The notes under the pieces were generated by a model, which was given only the letters and a program-made list of their open reading frames with translations, ran no database searches and was not told where the DNA came from. From Octopus sinensis (lineage: Eukaryota): a stretch of DNA of 64,000 bases. Of this stretch, positions 24,237 through 36,894 are shown one piece after another (position 1 is the stretch's first letter; each line of letters begins with the position of its first letter). A program made the translations under genes and the position numbers. Where the stretch lies: positions 175,460,001-175,524,000 of the forward strand of contig NC_042998.1 in NCBI RefSeq assembly GCF_006345805.1, written 5' to 3'.

Positions 24237-24282
24237 AATGATGATGATGATGATGATGATGATGGTAGTGATGGTGGTGGTG

Positions 24283-24870
24283 GTACGTAAGAAGTTGGTG
24301 ACAGAAATGTCTCCTTTTTAACGCCGCGCGGTCGCCCTAAAAAAAGAAGCCAAATACATGATATAAAAGAATAAGTGCCAAAAGGAATAAGAAAGACGAC
24401 ACAACCGTTCTGCTGTTTGAGAGAAAGATAGACTTTATTTACAGATGTGTACAATAAGAGTGTGTTTGGGTGCTAGCAAAGTGGAGTGTCTGGGTGCATG
24501 CGACAAGTGTTTGTGTCTGTGTGTTTGTGTGTGCGTTACAAGAGTGAACATAAGTACAAAGGTGTATGCGGGTAAGACAAAAATACAGAGCATAGAAAAG
24601 AGTCTCTCGGGATATTTTAGACAAGATGGAGTTAATTTACCAGTTCGTAGTAAGGTTACACAATAGTAATAGTCCTGTAACAGGATGTTGGGGTCACAAG
24701 GCAGAAAGCCGGTTGAACACGTCGTGTAACGGTTGTGTCGTCTTTCTAATTCCTTTTGGCACTTATTCTCTATACCATGTATTGTGGCTATCTTCTGCGG
24801 GACGACCGTGCGGCGTTTAAAAGGAGACATTTCTGTCACCAACTCCTTATGTACGGTCGTTGTCCTTACA
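24283..24870. mobile_element. Element with ~125 bp inverted arms (two head-to-head LTR-like units or a long-TIR MITE)
   Basis: 24283-24409 is the imperfect reverse complement of ~24729-24855. Confidence 0.75.
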
Positions 24871-25204
24871 CCACCATTGAGGTCTTTTAAAATACCTTAT
24901 TCTATTACTCAAACGAAAAATAAATGAATCTAAAATTTTTTTTTTAAACTTATTTCCATTACACTCAAGAAAAAAAATAAATATGAATTTCTTTCTCTTC
25001 GAAAGTCCTCTCCCCTTCCCCTCGGAAAAAATATTTTTCCCGCAAATTTCTTTATAATCGTAATCTATGCCGTTTGAAAGGTATTTATATAAAATTTCAA
25101 TAAAAGTTATGAGGGAAAAACTCGGACCGTGTGAAATTTCCGAAAGTCCTCTCCCAAACACCCGGTTCGTTTACACAAATTTTTGTTTTATTATTCGTTT
25201 AATA

Positions 25205-25726
25205 CCGCAAATCCTCGAGTATAGTCCGCCCTTGGGTATAATACGCAGGGGATTTTTAGGGGGCTGTACCGCTGAAAAGCCTAAACCTTGTGTATAATAC
25301 GCACCCCTTCTCTAACTTTAGTCGTGCATAATTAAGCCAGCAGCACCTAGTCGAACAAACACTTCTGCGTATGCGTAATACAATAATGGTGATGTTCTTA
25401 ACTGTTATATGGGAATGTAAATATGTTTGCAAATTGATTTTGTTACATGTTATTCTGTTCTCTGAATACTTTTATTTTAATAAATGTTGCTTACTGCAAG
25501 TTGTGGATGATTCTTTTATGACTTCATTGCTTTCAGGCTTAGCTTAAGGTATTTTCGTGCCCGACATCACAAAATGCGTCTGAATAAACATTGCCGGACA
25601 GCAAATAGAGACTCGGACATTGCTTAGAAAATATTTTATATTTTTAACCTCGTATATAGTACGTACTAGGGATTTTGGCCGTTAAATTTTGGAGGAAAAA
25701 TGCGGATTATACTCGAGGATTTACGG
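25205..25726. mobile_element. Tc1/mariner-superfamily (Tc2/pogo-like) MITE
   Basis: TIRs CCGCAAATCCTCGAGTATAGTCCGC and GCGGATTATACTCGAGGATTTACGG with TA on both sides; no ORF. Confidence 0.85.
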
Positions 25727-26282
25727 TACATATTTTTTCTACAACTATTACACTTTTTTTTTTTGCTTTGGTGACCGGGAGTTAAAGTAAACATAAACCA
25801 CACCAAGTTAAATACAAAAACTTTTCCTCATACAATAAATTATGTTCATTATCCATAGCCAACACAACTAAATGACGAAAAGCCCCAATTCGTCACCGCC
25901 CTCTTACGTATCATCACAGCACACTTTTCGACCCAACGAGGAAACCTCCGTGTAGCTGTTCAACTTGTTTGTATTACCAGCCAAATCTCCTTCAAATCAC
26001 ATCCTAAGAGTTGTCGAAAAGATCACGTTAGACGATGCTTTCTTTCACAATCAGGCTAACAAACAGGTGGTAACTGATCTAAATTAACTCTAAATTAAAA
26101 AAGAGAAAAAGAAGATAAAACATAATAGAAATAGGAATAAATATTTCGTAACGGGAATATTATTTCTTCGTGCAGAGGTTAGCAAATAATTTAATGAAAC
26201 AGAAAATTTAACTTCAGGATGATAATATAATGAAAGAATTAAATGACATGACACGTGAAAAATAGAGCAAATAACACATAAT

Positions 26283-26283
<1 letters not shown>

Positions 26284-26350
<67 letters not shown>
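26284..26350. repeat. (CA)n microsatellite
   Basis: Direct reading. Confidence 0.95.
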
Positions 26351-26351
<1 letters not shown>

Positions 26352-26956
26352 TATGTGTATGTTTTCTATAACACGAATCCATGTTTGCACCGGAGGTATG
26401 AAAATTATACATAAATACAACTCTGTCATCAGCAGCCAAAGAGATGAAGGTTGTTGGTTTTGTACGTTCCGGTTTTACCACAAATTAGAGAACTAGAATC
26501 TTTCAATGCCAACTGAAATGTCATAAAATTTGGGACACCTTTTCTCTAAATTTACACCTCTACTATAAAGTACGCTACCACCAGGATTTAAATTAAAATT
26601 TCGTTAGAAAACCTTAACGAATTATTTATTTCTAATGACTCCTTTCTGAATTTTTAATTTTGGCGTAACTTCGGTTTAAGTACCGGAAGTACAGGATACA
26701 TTTCAAGAAAGTGTTTTTTTTTTATATATATGATGGGTTAGGGCTAGAGTTTGTATTAGGGGTAGGGGTAGGGGTAGGGGTGGGAGAAAAGGGTTTCTGT
26801 TATCTTCAGAAATGTAAACAAAGCCACGTGCGTAGTTATACCGAAGGATCGCCTTAATTTTTAATATCAAATAGTGTGTATTTTATTGCTGAGATTTTAT
26901 AGTTCAAACCGAAAGGATCCCATGTTAGAAACTGCCGTTCAAACCGAAAAGATCCC

Positions 26957-27455
26957 AGTCATATCCCAGAAAATGTGCACTGCTTGTTCCTCCAACACCA
27001 TTTGCTTACCCACAAAGATCCGGTTCTATAGTAGTATAGTTTTACCGAGTGAGACATGGCAGAGCACCGTGAAAATCGATAGACAGCTAGATGTGTTCCA
27101 CCAAGGATGCTTGAGAAAGATTCTAGGAACATACTAGCTGAACCACTTAACCAATGAAGCCATTCTAAAGACAGCCAACTCAAGACCACTTTGTGAAATC
27201 ATCACAGGACAAAGGTTAAAACTGGCAAGCTACATGCTCTGGCTACTGGAACAGCATCATTCTAAAACGGCTTTCAAACGAATACTAACGGAGGGAAAAA
27301 GAAAGAGATCAAAAGCTACATGGCGCAGAACATTCATAACCGACACGAGAGGCCAATATCATATGGCCCGATGCAGAGAAAACTGCTGCCAACAGAAGTC
27401 TGAGGTGTCAACTTGTTGCTCAATTTATTCGTGTGTACAGGAGCAACTGATACTG
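26957..27455 (+). mobile_element. Decayed RTE LINE 3' fragment
   Basis: KIRFYSSIVLPSETW...LDVFHQGCLRKILG and GKRKRSKATWRRT. Confidence 0.8.
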
Positions 27456-27999
27456 ATATATTTTAGTTGGTTTTGAGAGATTCTTATAATATTAGGGAGT
27501 ACAACCCAAATAATCTTCATCTACTCTTCTCTCTGTGTGCTGATGGCCGAATTATGTATGTGTATACTTTATCTCCGCCGGAAACACTGATTAACTTTCA
27601 GAAGAAAAAGAAACCGTAAAACTTATTTATTTATTTCATTATGTATACCGTTATTTTTCACATGTTATATGGTTTAAATCATATATTTATTATTACATTA
27701 TCACTCTGAAAGCGAGTAATTTTATTTGATCGAATCCTTTGCTAAACTTTCTACGCAAGAGACTTGCATTGTCAGCTATTAAGACCATAAGGAATTAAGC
27801 GTATAACACTTCTAAATTAACATGCACACGCAATAAAATACGAAAAAATGTTAAGTGTTTGGGTGGATAATATATCACATCGTCACTCGCCGAAATCTAA
27901 AAGAACTATTTGTACAATTTTATCGTTCTTTCGCATATTTTACTTGTTGCACAAAACTAAAAAAATGCATAAAACATTGTACATACATTTTAAATAGAA

Positions 28000-28389
28000 C
28001 TAGCAGTATAGTCCAGCGTTGCTCGGGTTTGTTTTCTTTTCGACCCTTTAGAATTGGAATTTTTGAAAAGTAAAACTTTTGCATTATGTAGCTTGTTATT
28101 CTCTTTCATTGAACATTTTTCTGGTTGAAAAATGGCGACACAGCAGTCAAAAAATCGTAAAAAATAGGTATTTTCATAGAAAAAAAGCACCTTTTTGATG
28201 TAAATAATTTTTGGTCTTAACATAGTCCGATTTGAATTTTTTCTTCTACAGAAGGAAGAGCAAGCCTTTTTCAACAATACTCTCAATTTTGGTCAACTTG
28301 CGCCGCAGGGTCTCGGAGGAGATAGTGTTAGTTGAAGGCTACCAAACCTGCCACACACACACAGACAACTTCAGCTTTATATATATAGA
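28000..28389 (-). mobile_element. Non-autonomous Helitron
   Basis: Minus strand: A|TCTATATATATAAAG...CCCGAGCAACGCTGGAC hairpin...CTAG|T; no TSD. Confidence 0.8.
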
Positions 28390-28394
28390 TTACA

Positions 28395-29635
28395 AATGAA
28401 AGCTGTCACCCTCGACATCATTAAAACTTCTGACCGTGTCGAGCATGCAAATCTTTTATCGGAAATGATAGAGTGCTCCTCATATAGCAGATTTGAAGCC
28501 GAATCGCTGGATAGCCGAGTAGATATCACAATTAAATTATAGTCGTTTCACGTGATCGGCCGATTAACCGACCAATCATCGTCAAGCCATCGCATGATTC
28601 GACTTCCTAGAACTGGAGCCTTATTTAAAGGTATGTTTTTGATGGTAACTCCAGAATGTGAGGCAGCTGTTCCCCCAGTGTTGAGTTGGCTTGAGTCACC
28701 ATTCTCATGCTAGTTTAGAAGACAGATTTTGTCGTTGTGAAGATAGTGCAATTACTTTCCAATTGTGATAGGCCAACCACAGATCGCGATATACCAGTTA
28801 GATTGTTGTAAATTCCAGAGTATGTCTCTCCTGGCGTGTAATTGTCGTTGTTATTTTTCATCCAAAGACCAACACTGAAAACACTATGTGCAGTAAATAA
28901 AGCTTCTGTCAATTGTTGGTGAATGTTGTTAATCATTTTTACACGCAGCCCTAGAAAGATATTTTCGTTTTCCATCAACATCAAATACACAAAAGATAAT
29001 TCACGTCACTCACATCATGAAGTCTAGTATGTCTGAGGGTTTAGTTTTAGTTTCTATTCTATTCCTCCTGTTCATCAATGGTTTACTCACCATCATTCCG
29101 ACGTAAGCCTTCATTCTTCCTCAGTCTTTCATAACTATCTATCACCCTCACGCGACATAGATACCACACGCCAAATCTGCACCAACTCCATGAACAGAGA
29201 CCTCGAAAGGATCCCTCAATGGGGTCATGCTAATCTTGTTTCTTTCAACAACAAAGGCACTCAAATGCAGTTCATATCAATGAAATATTATCGCATTGCA
29301 CATCTCTTAATCATGAGCATCGTGCAGTCAGAGCCTTCTCGAGAGCTTCAAATATTGGGCGTGGAAAGCACACACTTAATATGGAACTTCAGCTCCTTAC
29401 AATTGTTGACACTCGACAAAGCTCTGATGAGGTCTGCAACTGAATATTACTTTCACATCAAGGACGCTGCTATTGTTATACACTCAGATAATATGGACCA
29501 TATCTAGAAAAGTGTTATCCGACTGACAAGCATAAAATCATTCACGGACACCCTCCAGTCTCTGGTCCACAGGTGCACTGTCACTTCTATTTGCCTTTTC
29601 TACAGTTATCATAATGGACTGTTCCTCGGAGCTGT
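28395..29635 (+). mobile_element. Highly decayed CR1/Jockey-group LINE RT fragments
   Basis: AVTLDIIKTSDRVEHANLL, GLVLVSILFLLFIN and DLERIPQWGHANLVSFNNKGTQ resemble RT motifs. 28490-28980 appears to be unrelated intervening DNA. Confidence 0.6.
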
Positions 29636-29944
29636 GAATGCTCACCCCCAAACCGATAGAATAAGTGTCAGGCTTTAAAAAGCGTGTTCTGGGGTCTCTT
29701 TGTTTGACTAAAACCCTTCAAGGCGGTACCCCAGCATGGCCACAGCCCAATCACTAAAAGAGAATGACCCTAAACTGCATCCAGTGGTGAGGCTCCAGTG
29801 CGTGTGTTCTGTGATTCTGAGGAGAATAGAGTTACTCCTTAGTCGCCATTACTCCCCGTTCCGCTCTTACCCGGAGCGGTAGTACCGTTTAGAGTATTAC
29901 TCATCTATGGGTTAAATAGTCTTAATGGCTAGGTATATTAGACA

Positions 29945-32190
29945 GACATGACGTGCCAGGATTCTGGGTCCGTGGACATGTCTTGTAGCAACCGGTAGCC
30001 ACGTACAACCAAGGTGACTGCTCCCGCGCTTCGGAGGAAGGTTTTTAAGCCAGAGGCTAGGATGATGAAACTCTGACGTAAAACCTACGACCTGAGGACC
30101 TTGCTGTTACCGTCCCAGCTTTCCGCGCCATGGCAGATGAACCTCATGTGTAAAAGGTGGGGAGCAGTTCAGCGCACACTGCACATCACCTAAAAGCTCC
30201 ACTGCTCAGGTTCGACGGACCCGTCCGCAAACACCAATCATACCAAACCCAGTGACGATGGGAAAGGGGTATAAACGGCAAGTGGAAGATGACTCTGGAA
30301 GTTGCGGTCCTGTATGCAGGCGATCCAGGATGTTGGTCGTCTGATGTTGACCCGGAGATGACATCGTCATTCGGCACAACCTGAATGACCAAGCAACCTT
30401 CTCTAGGACTGCTTGCTTTACATGGAGAGAGACCTAGAAAAAGTGGTCTAAACAAATTTCATCTCCTATACCCATATTTGGCAAACCGCGGTCAACGGAT
30501 ATCTTCTCTTGCGGTCGAACAATATCAAGAATGAAAAGGTACACACCAACCTATAACGGCGTGAAAGGATTGAAAATTGCATGTTAGAACATCAGCACCA
30601 TGATAGACACAGCCGACAGCAGACGTTTAGAACGTAGCTCCGCTTTAATCGCACACATACTGTCAAGACTGCATGTTGATATCGATGCTGTCAGTGAAGT
30701 CCGCTTTCCAAAGGAAGGTAACCTACAAGAGCTTGATGCCGAATACACTCTCTACTGGTCTGGCAAAACAACAGCAGAGAGGCACCTTTCGGACATTGGC
30801 TTCATGATCAGAAACTCAATAGCTTAGAAGCTTGAAAACCTGACAACAAGTTATTCTGGCGGATTCAGAGCCTACAGGCTTGTTCTCAGGCAGCTTCGAA
30901 AGAAGTGCCAGGAACAAAATAAAGGGCTGTATGTAACATTTGTTGACCTGACTAAAGCATTTGACACTGAGTAGGAAAGGCATGTGGCAGATCATGGTTG
31001 TTCCCCAAAGTTCTTGAACATGATCATTCAGCTGCACGAAGACTAGTGTTGTCACGTCAGGCTTAGCAGTGACCTCTCCGATCACCAACGGAACCCTTTC
31101 CGATCACTCCGACGACTACAGGCCCACAAAAGACCCTGGAACAACTGGTCCGAGACCTCCTCTATGACGACGATGCTGCCGTTATTGCCCACTTAGAAAG
31201 AACCTTGCAGTGTATCAATTCCTGCTTAGCAGAAGCTTCCCAGTTCTTTCGGCTGGAAGTCAGGTTAAAAAGACGGAGGAACTTTACCATCCTGCACCTC
31301 GGGAAGAGTACCGCCCTTCCCATATCACGATTGGCGAGACTGAATTGAAAACGGTCCATTAGTTTATCTACCTGGGGTGTACCATCATATCAGATGCTAA
31401 GATCAATAGGAAAGTCGATAACAGACTAGCAAAGGCGAACAGTGCATTTTGTAGATTGTACAAACGTGTGTGGAACAACAAACTCAAAAAAGGGCACTAA
31501 GATCAGCGTGTACAGAGTCATAGTTCTTCCCATCCCCTCTGTATGGCTCAGAGCCGTGGGTCACTTATTGTCAACATCTATAATTCTTCGAGCGCTTCCA
31601 CCAGCGCTGCATCCGCACCATCCTCAACATCCACTGGACTGACTCCATCACCAATGTTGAAGTCCTTAAACAAGCAGAAGTCGCCAGTAGCAAAGCCATG
31701 TTGTTGAAGACCCTGCTACGCAGGGTAGGGCATGTCTTCAGGATGAAGGATCATCTCCTGCCCAAGACCAAAGGAACAATACAGGTATTGTCTGAAAAAA
31801 TCCTTTGGTGCCGGTCACATCGACCTTCACCAGTAGTTCGCCCTAGCCGAGGACCTTGACGCCTGGCATCTCACAATCAACCATGCTGTCTCCTCCTTTG
31901 AAAAAACCTCGCAGGGCCACTCTTAAGGACAAAAATGTGTTGGAGGAAGAACCGAAAAACCGTGCCATCAAATCCTGACCAAACCTTCAACTGCAGTCAT
32001 TGCGGCCGTGCCTGTCTGTGCCGCATTGGCCTTGTCAGCGAACGTGCCTTCGCGAAGACAAGTCGAAATGTGTGTGTGTGTGTGTGCGTGCGCATCTGCA
32101 ATGCGTGTGTATGTGTGTCTGTGTGTGTGTATGAGCAGAAAACGTAGACCAGCTCCTTCTTAATCTTCGTTCGCGAAGCCAAGCCGAGAT
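29945..32190 (+). mobile_element. Internally deleted RTE LINE (AviRTE-like): 5' UTR, APE endonuclease start, RT pieces, C-terminal zinc finger and tail
   Basis: LKIAC*NISTMIDTADS...ALIAH.LSRL...SEVR...YTLYWSGK; EQNKGLYVTFVDLTKAFD; RDLLYDDDAA; FNCSHCGRACLCRIGL; tail AATCTTCGTTCGCGAAGCCAAGCC. Confidence 0.9.
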
Positions 32191-32244
32191 GTGTGTGTGC
32201 GAGCGCGTCTGCAATGCGTTTATGTGTGTGTGTGTGTGTGTATG

Positions 32245-32650
32245 TGTCTGTGTCCTCCACCACCGCTTCACAACTGGTGTTGGTGTGTTTACATCCCTGT
32301 AACTTAGCGGTTCGGCAAAAGACACCGATAAAATAAGTAATAGGCTTAAAAAAAGTACTGAGGTCGATTCGCTTAAGATGGTGCCCCAGCATGACTGAAA
32401 CAAGTATATATATATATATATATATATACATATATTCCTTTATTCGTCTACTAGTTTCAGTCATTTGACTGCGACCATGCTGGAGCACTGCCTTTAGTCG
32501 AACAAATCGACTCCAGGACATATTCTTTGTAAGCCTGGTACTTCTTCTATCGGTCTCTTTTTGCGGAACCGCTAAGTTACGGGGATGTGAACACACCAGC
32601 ATCGGTTGTCAAGCGATGGTGGTGGGGGGGACAAACACAGACAAACACAC
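32245..32650. mobile_element. Two family A SINE 3' halves, tail-to-tail
   Basis: Plus copy at 32245-32405, (TA)n spacer, minus copy at ~32435-32650. Confidence 0.8.
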
Positions 32651-32849
32651 ACACACGCAAACACACACACACAACACACGTGTGTGTGTTTATATATACA
32701 TAAATATATATACACACATGTGTGTGTGTGTTTATATATATATAAGTATATATGCACACACATACATATATATACACACACACACATATATTTACATATA
32801 TATATATATATATATATACATACATACGTACGTACACACACACACACAC

Positions 32850-33015
32850 ACCTTCTTTTCCTTCTCTCGTGAGTTTTTCGTCTTTCCTCTTTCTGACGAT
32901 GAGCCATGCTTGAAACGTCACACTCCCGTTTTCGTTCTGTCTGATATAATCAGTGCGCGTCCTTTTGACATTTTGTTTTTCCTTGATTTTTCCTGTCTTT
33001 GTCTTTATTTTTGAA
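32850..33015 (+). mobile_element. Probable Penelope-like pLTR relic with minimal type-I hammerhead core
   Basis: 32893-32919: CTGACGA-T-GAGC-CAT-GCTT-GAAA-CGTC. Both conserved boxes, helix II, palindromic ACGT and a GUC triplet are present. Confidence 0.6.
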
Positions 33016-33046
33016 TTCACTATGCATACATAGTTACATTTATTCA

Positions 33047-33220
33047 TTCATACATACATACATACATACATACATACATACATTTATTCATACATACATG
33101 CATAGACACATACATATATACATAGACACATACATACATACATACATACATACATACATACATACATACATACATACATACATACATACATACATACATA
33201 CATACGTACATACATATACT
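33047..33220. repeat. (CATA)n microsatellite
   Basis: Direct reading; a longer degenerate tract lies at ~33975-34350. Confidence 0.95.
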
Positions 33221-34873
33221 TATATGGGCGTGTGTGTAATAAATCCTCAATTGTAATGTTTTTCTTTCGCCCACAACATACACAACAACACAAGCTTTGA
33301 AAAGTGCAACTGGATTAATATTACTTTCGCTGGCGCGTTTGATCTTCCATAGTTTCAGATTACCTCCCACCAATCCGACGTTGACATTGTCAATAGAACA
33401 AAACAAATCATGACGGAACTGCGAGACGATAATTGAATGAACATTCTGTAAATCTCTTCCTTCTTCTTTTTTTTCTTTCTTTTTTCTCTCTCTCTCTTCG
33501 TCTATCAGTTACTTCAATACCCTAAAGGATAAGCAGCAGAATGGTTCACAAATACCAGTCCCCTGTCAGGGTCTACAAATACCCTTTTGAATTTGTAATG
33601 GCGGTAAGCAGATACTTCAGAATTTATTGAACAACAATTAATGATGATAATTGTGATAACTGTGATGATTGGAGGAGGAGGATTTGTATAGCAACAAACA
33701 CATATATCTATCTTGATGTGACTTTAATTGGCATTAATGTAGTTTGTTCCATGTTCCATTGTTACTTCGTAAAGGAAATACATTTCCCCAAAGACTGTTC
33801 GTTATTTATAAATAGTTAAAAAGAAATTTCATTTTTAATTATAACTTTCATTCGCCATCTCAATTCTTCTCTCTCACCTCTTGTCCCAATGTCCTCGTAC
33901 CTATATTTTTGTCTCATAATCGCGTTTTTTTTCTCTCATGCGCACACATTATACAATCGTTCAATCAATCATTCATATATGTATTTATATATGTATATAT
34001 ATACACACACACTCACTTATACATACCTATACATGCATGCATACATACATACATACATAGACACATAGACACATACATACATACATACATGCATACATAC
34101 ATACATACATACATACATACATACATCATACATCATACATACATACATACATACAATATATACATACATACATACATACATACAATATATACATACATAC
34201 ATACTTACATACATACATGCATACATACATACATACAATATATACATACATACATACATACAATATATACACATATACACACACATACATACATGCATAC
34301 ATGCATACATACATACATACATACATACATATACACCCACACACATTTACATATGAAAACAAGACGTGGTGTCTTCCTGATCTTTAATATTATTGTTTAT
34401 GTTTCTGTAAATTGCACTCCTGCACATATCTCGAACATGTACACTCCTTGGAGCTACTTCCTTAAACTTGTATCTTTTATTATTAGGGGGCTCCATTTTT
34501 TAAACTCTTCTTCCATCGGCAATTTGTTCAGTTTTGCATGGGATCCCCCACTGCAATAGTTTGTCTGATAATGGCTCCTGCTAAATAAAGAAAGGCGCAT
34601 CACATTTGATTCCTCATCTCTCCTTTAAAACACGGAGATAACTATGCTAAAAAAACAACAACAATACGTGTATGAATGTTTGTATGCATTTATGGATATA
34701 TGTGTGCGTGTATGTATGTATGTATGTATGTATGTATGTGTGTAATATATCTTTCTCTCCCCCTTTCTGTCTGTCTTTCTCTCTCTCTCTCTTTTTCTGT
34801 CTAAGTATTTTTACGTAAATGTGAAGTTTTAGACTTTTGAGACGCTACTGGTTTCAATGCCTTTCCTTATATA

Positions 34874-34916
<43 letters not shown>

Positions 34917-34941
34917 GTTTCATATATATATATATATATAT

Positions 34942-35005
<64 letters not shown>

Positions 35006-36020
35006 ACATATATATATTATTATATGAAAGACATACATATATATAATTATTATATGAAAGACATATACAGTCCCATTTTAAAAATGGGACTGTATAATCA
35101 CAGGGGCTTTGAAAGACAAGAAAAGTAGCTAAAACAAATAATTGTTCATGTAACATGGAAGCAGTTCCCTACAGAAGTGGGACTGTAATAATCACAGGGG
35201 CTTTCAACGACAAGAACAATAGCTAAAACTAATAATAGCCTGTGTAACATAGAAACGGTTCCCTACGACCCAAAGGTAGCTCGATCTGCCAGAAATAAAA
35301 GCCAGATTTCACTCAAAACATAATTCTGCTATCTTGAAAAAAAAAAAAAAAAAAAGTGACGACACATTGGATAATGTAATCCTTGATAGGGTCTTATTAA
35401 ACGACGAAATGGTCACAGTTGGAACGTCTTTGATCAAAGTTTTGCTGGATCAGAGCTGACCTAGCAATAACAATACACATTCAAGTAAATGGGAAAGAAA
35501 GTTGTTTTTCTTTTTTAAGAAATTGCTATAGTTTCCCCCTCAATTGTTTGATAGACGAAATAAAGTATAAAGTAATAAATATATTCAATCTACTCGGGTT
35601 TTTTTTTTCATTTTGATCTGAAATCGTGCCTTAACACAGAAATGGTTATATTTTGGAAGTGTCAAATGTACCACACGCACTTTTGCACTTTTACAAGCCA
35701 ACGAATTATACATATATATATATGTGTGACAGTTGTATGACATTACTTTTCCTTTTGACTTGACCCTCCCTCCTGTCATCTTAATGCGGTGTACGGGTAA
35801 TGACCGGTATTGGTGCTGAGAGGGAAGCTAAATGCTAAACTGTAACGATACAAGCTCTCTCTCTGGGGAGTAGATAGACAGTCGAACTGATGAAGGGTCG
35901 TTCTCTGTATTCTTTGTATTACTTGTCTTTTTTCCCCATTTTTTTCACTCGTTATTTGCGTATTTAACTCATTTGTTTTCGTATTTCATGTTGTTTACTG
36001 TTTGTGATGTCCTGTAACCA

Positions 36021-36076
<56 letters not shown>

Positions 36077-36104
36077 TATGTATATGCATTAATATATATA
36101 TATA

Positions 36105-36141
<37 letters not shown>

Positions 36142-36854
36142 TTTACATTATATATATATGTAGTCGTAATCATCAATCGCTTTACCTCCAAACTGGGTGC
36201 ATGCATGATTAGAATGTTATTCGATGAGTTGTAAAGGTGTTCAAAATCCCTTTTATATTTTCGGTTGGAATTACTAAAATTCGCCAGAGTTAAGAGCCAA
36301 CATTATTGTAGCGCGAGTTAAGAGCGAGCATGCATACACGTACCATAGCTTCCTACAACTGCCCCCTAAAGAGGAATCTCCCGCATTTTGCTCAGATTTA
36401 TATTAGACATTATTGTATTTTTAGATCAATGGTTTCTTACACTCCTTGTTAAATTAACTATAATTCAGATTCGTTTGAATGGATCCTTACTGATTTATAC
36501 TTTAATTTTAATAAAAACACTACTATCAATGCACACGCATAATCTCGCGCACACCGCCTCTCTTCTTCGTCTTCTTCTTCTTCTTGTTCTACTACTACTA
36601 CTACTACTACTACCATTATTGTTATTATTATTATTAGCAACAAACAGTAGGAACAGCTGAAGCTTTTAAATTCTCAACTGAGTTTCACGTTGCCGCTTAT
36701 TTAAACGATTGATTAATCGGCAGTTGCTTAATTCGGAATTGCGAATCGAGATGCTTCAGCCTCCAATAAAATATACACACAATCTATGTATTGAATACTT
36801 ACTTCATCCCTAGTTCTTACCAATCAATCGATCAATGAAAGAACCAGTCATATT

Positions 36855-36894
<40 letters not shown>

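Noticed and set aside
35880-36020. CTGATGAAGGG hammerhead-like box
   Set aside because: No downstream GAAA box or helix II; at most a PLE-like remnant.
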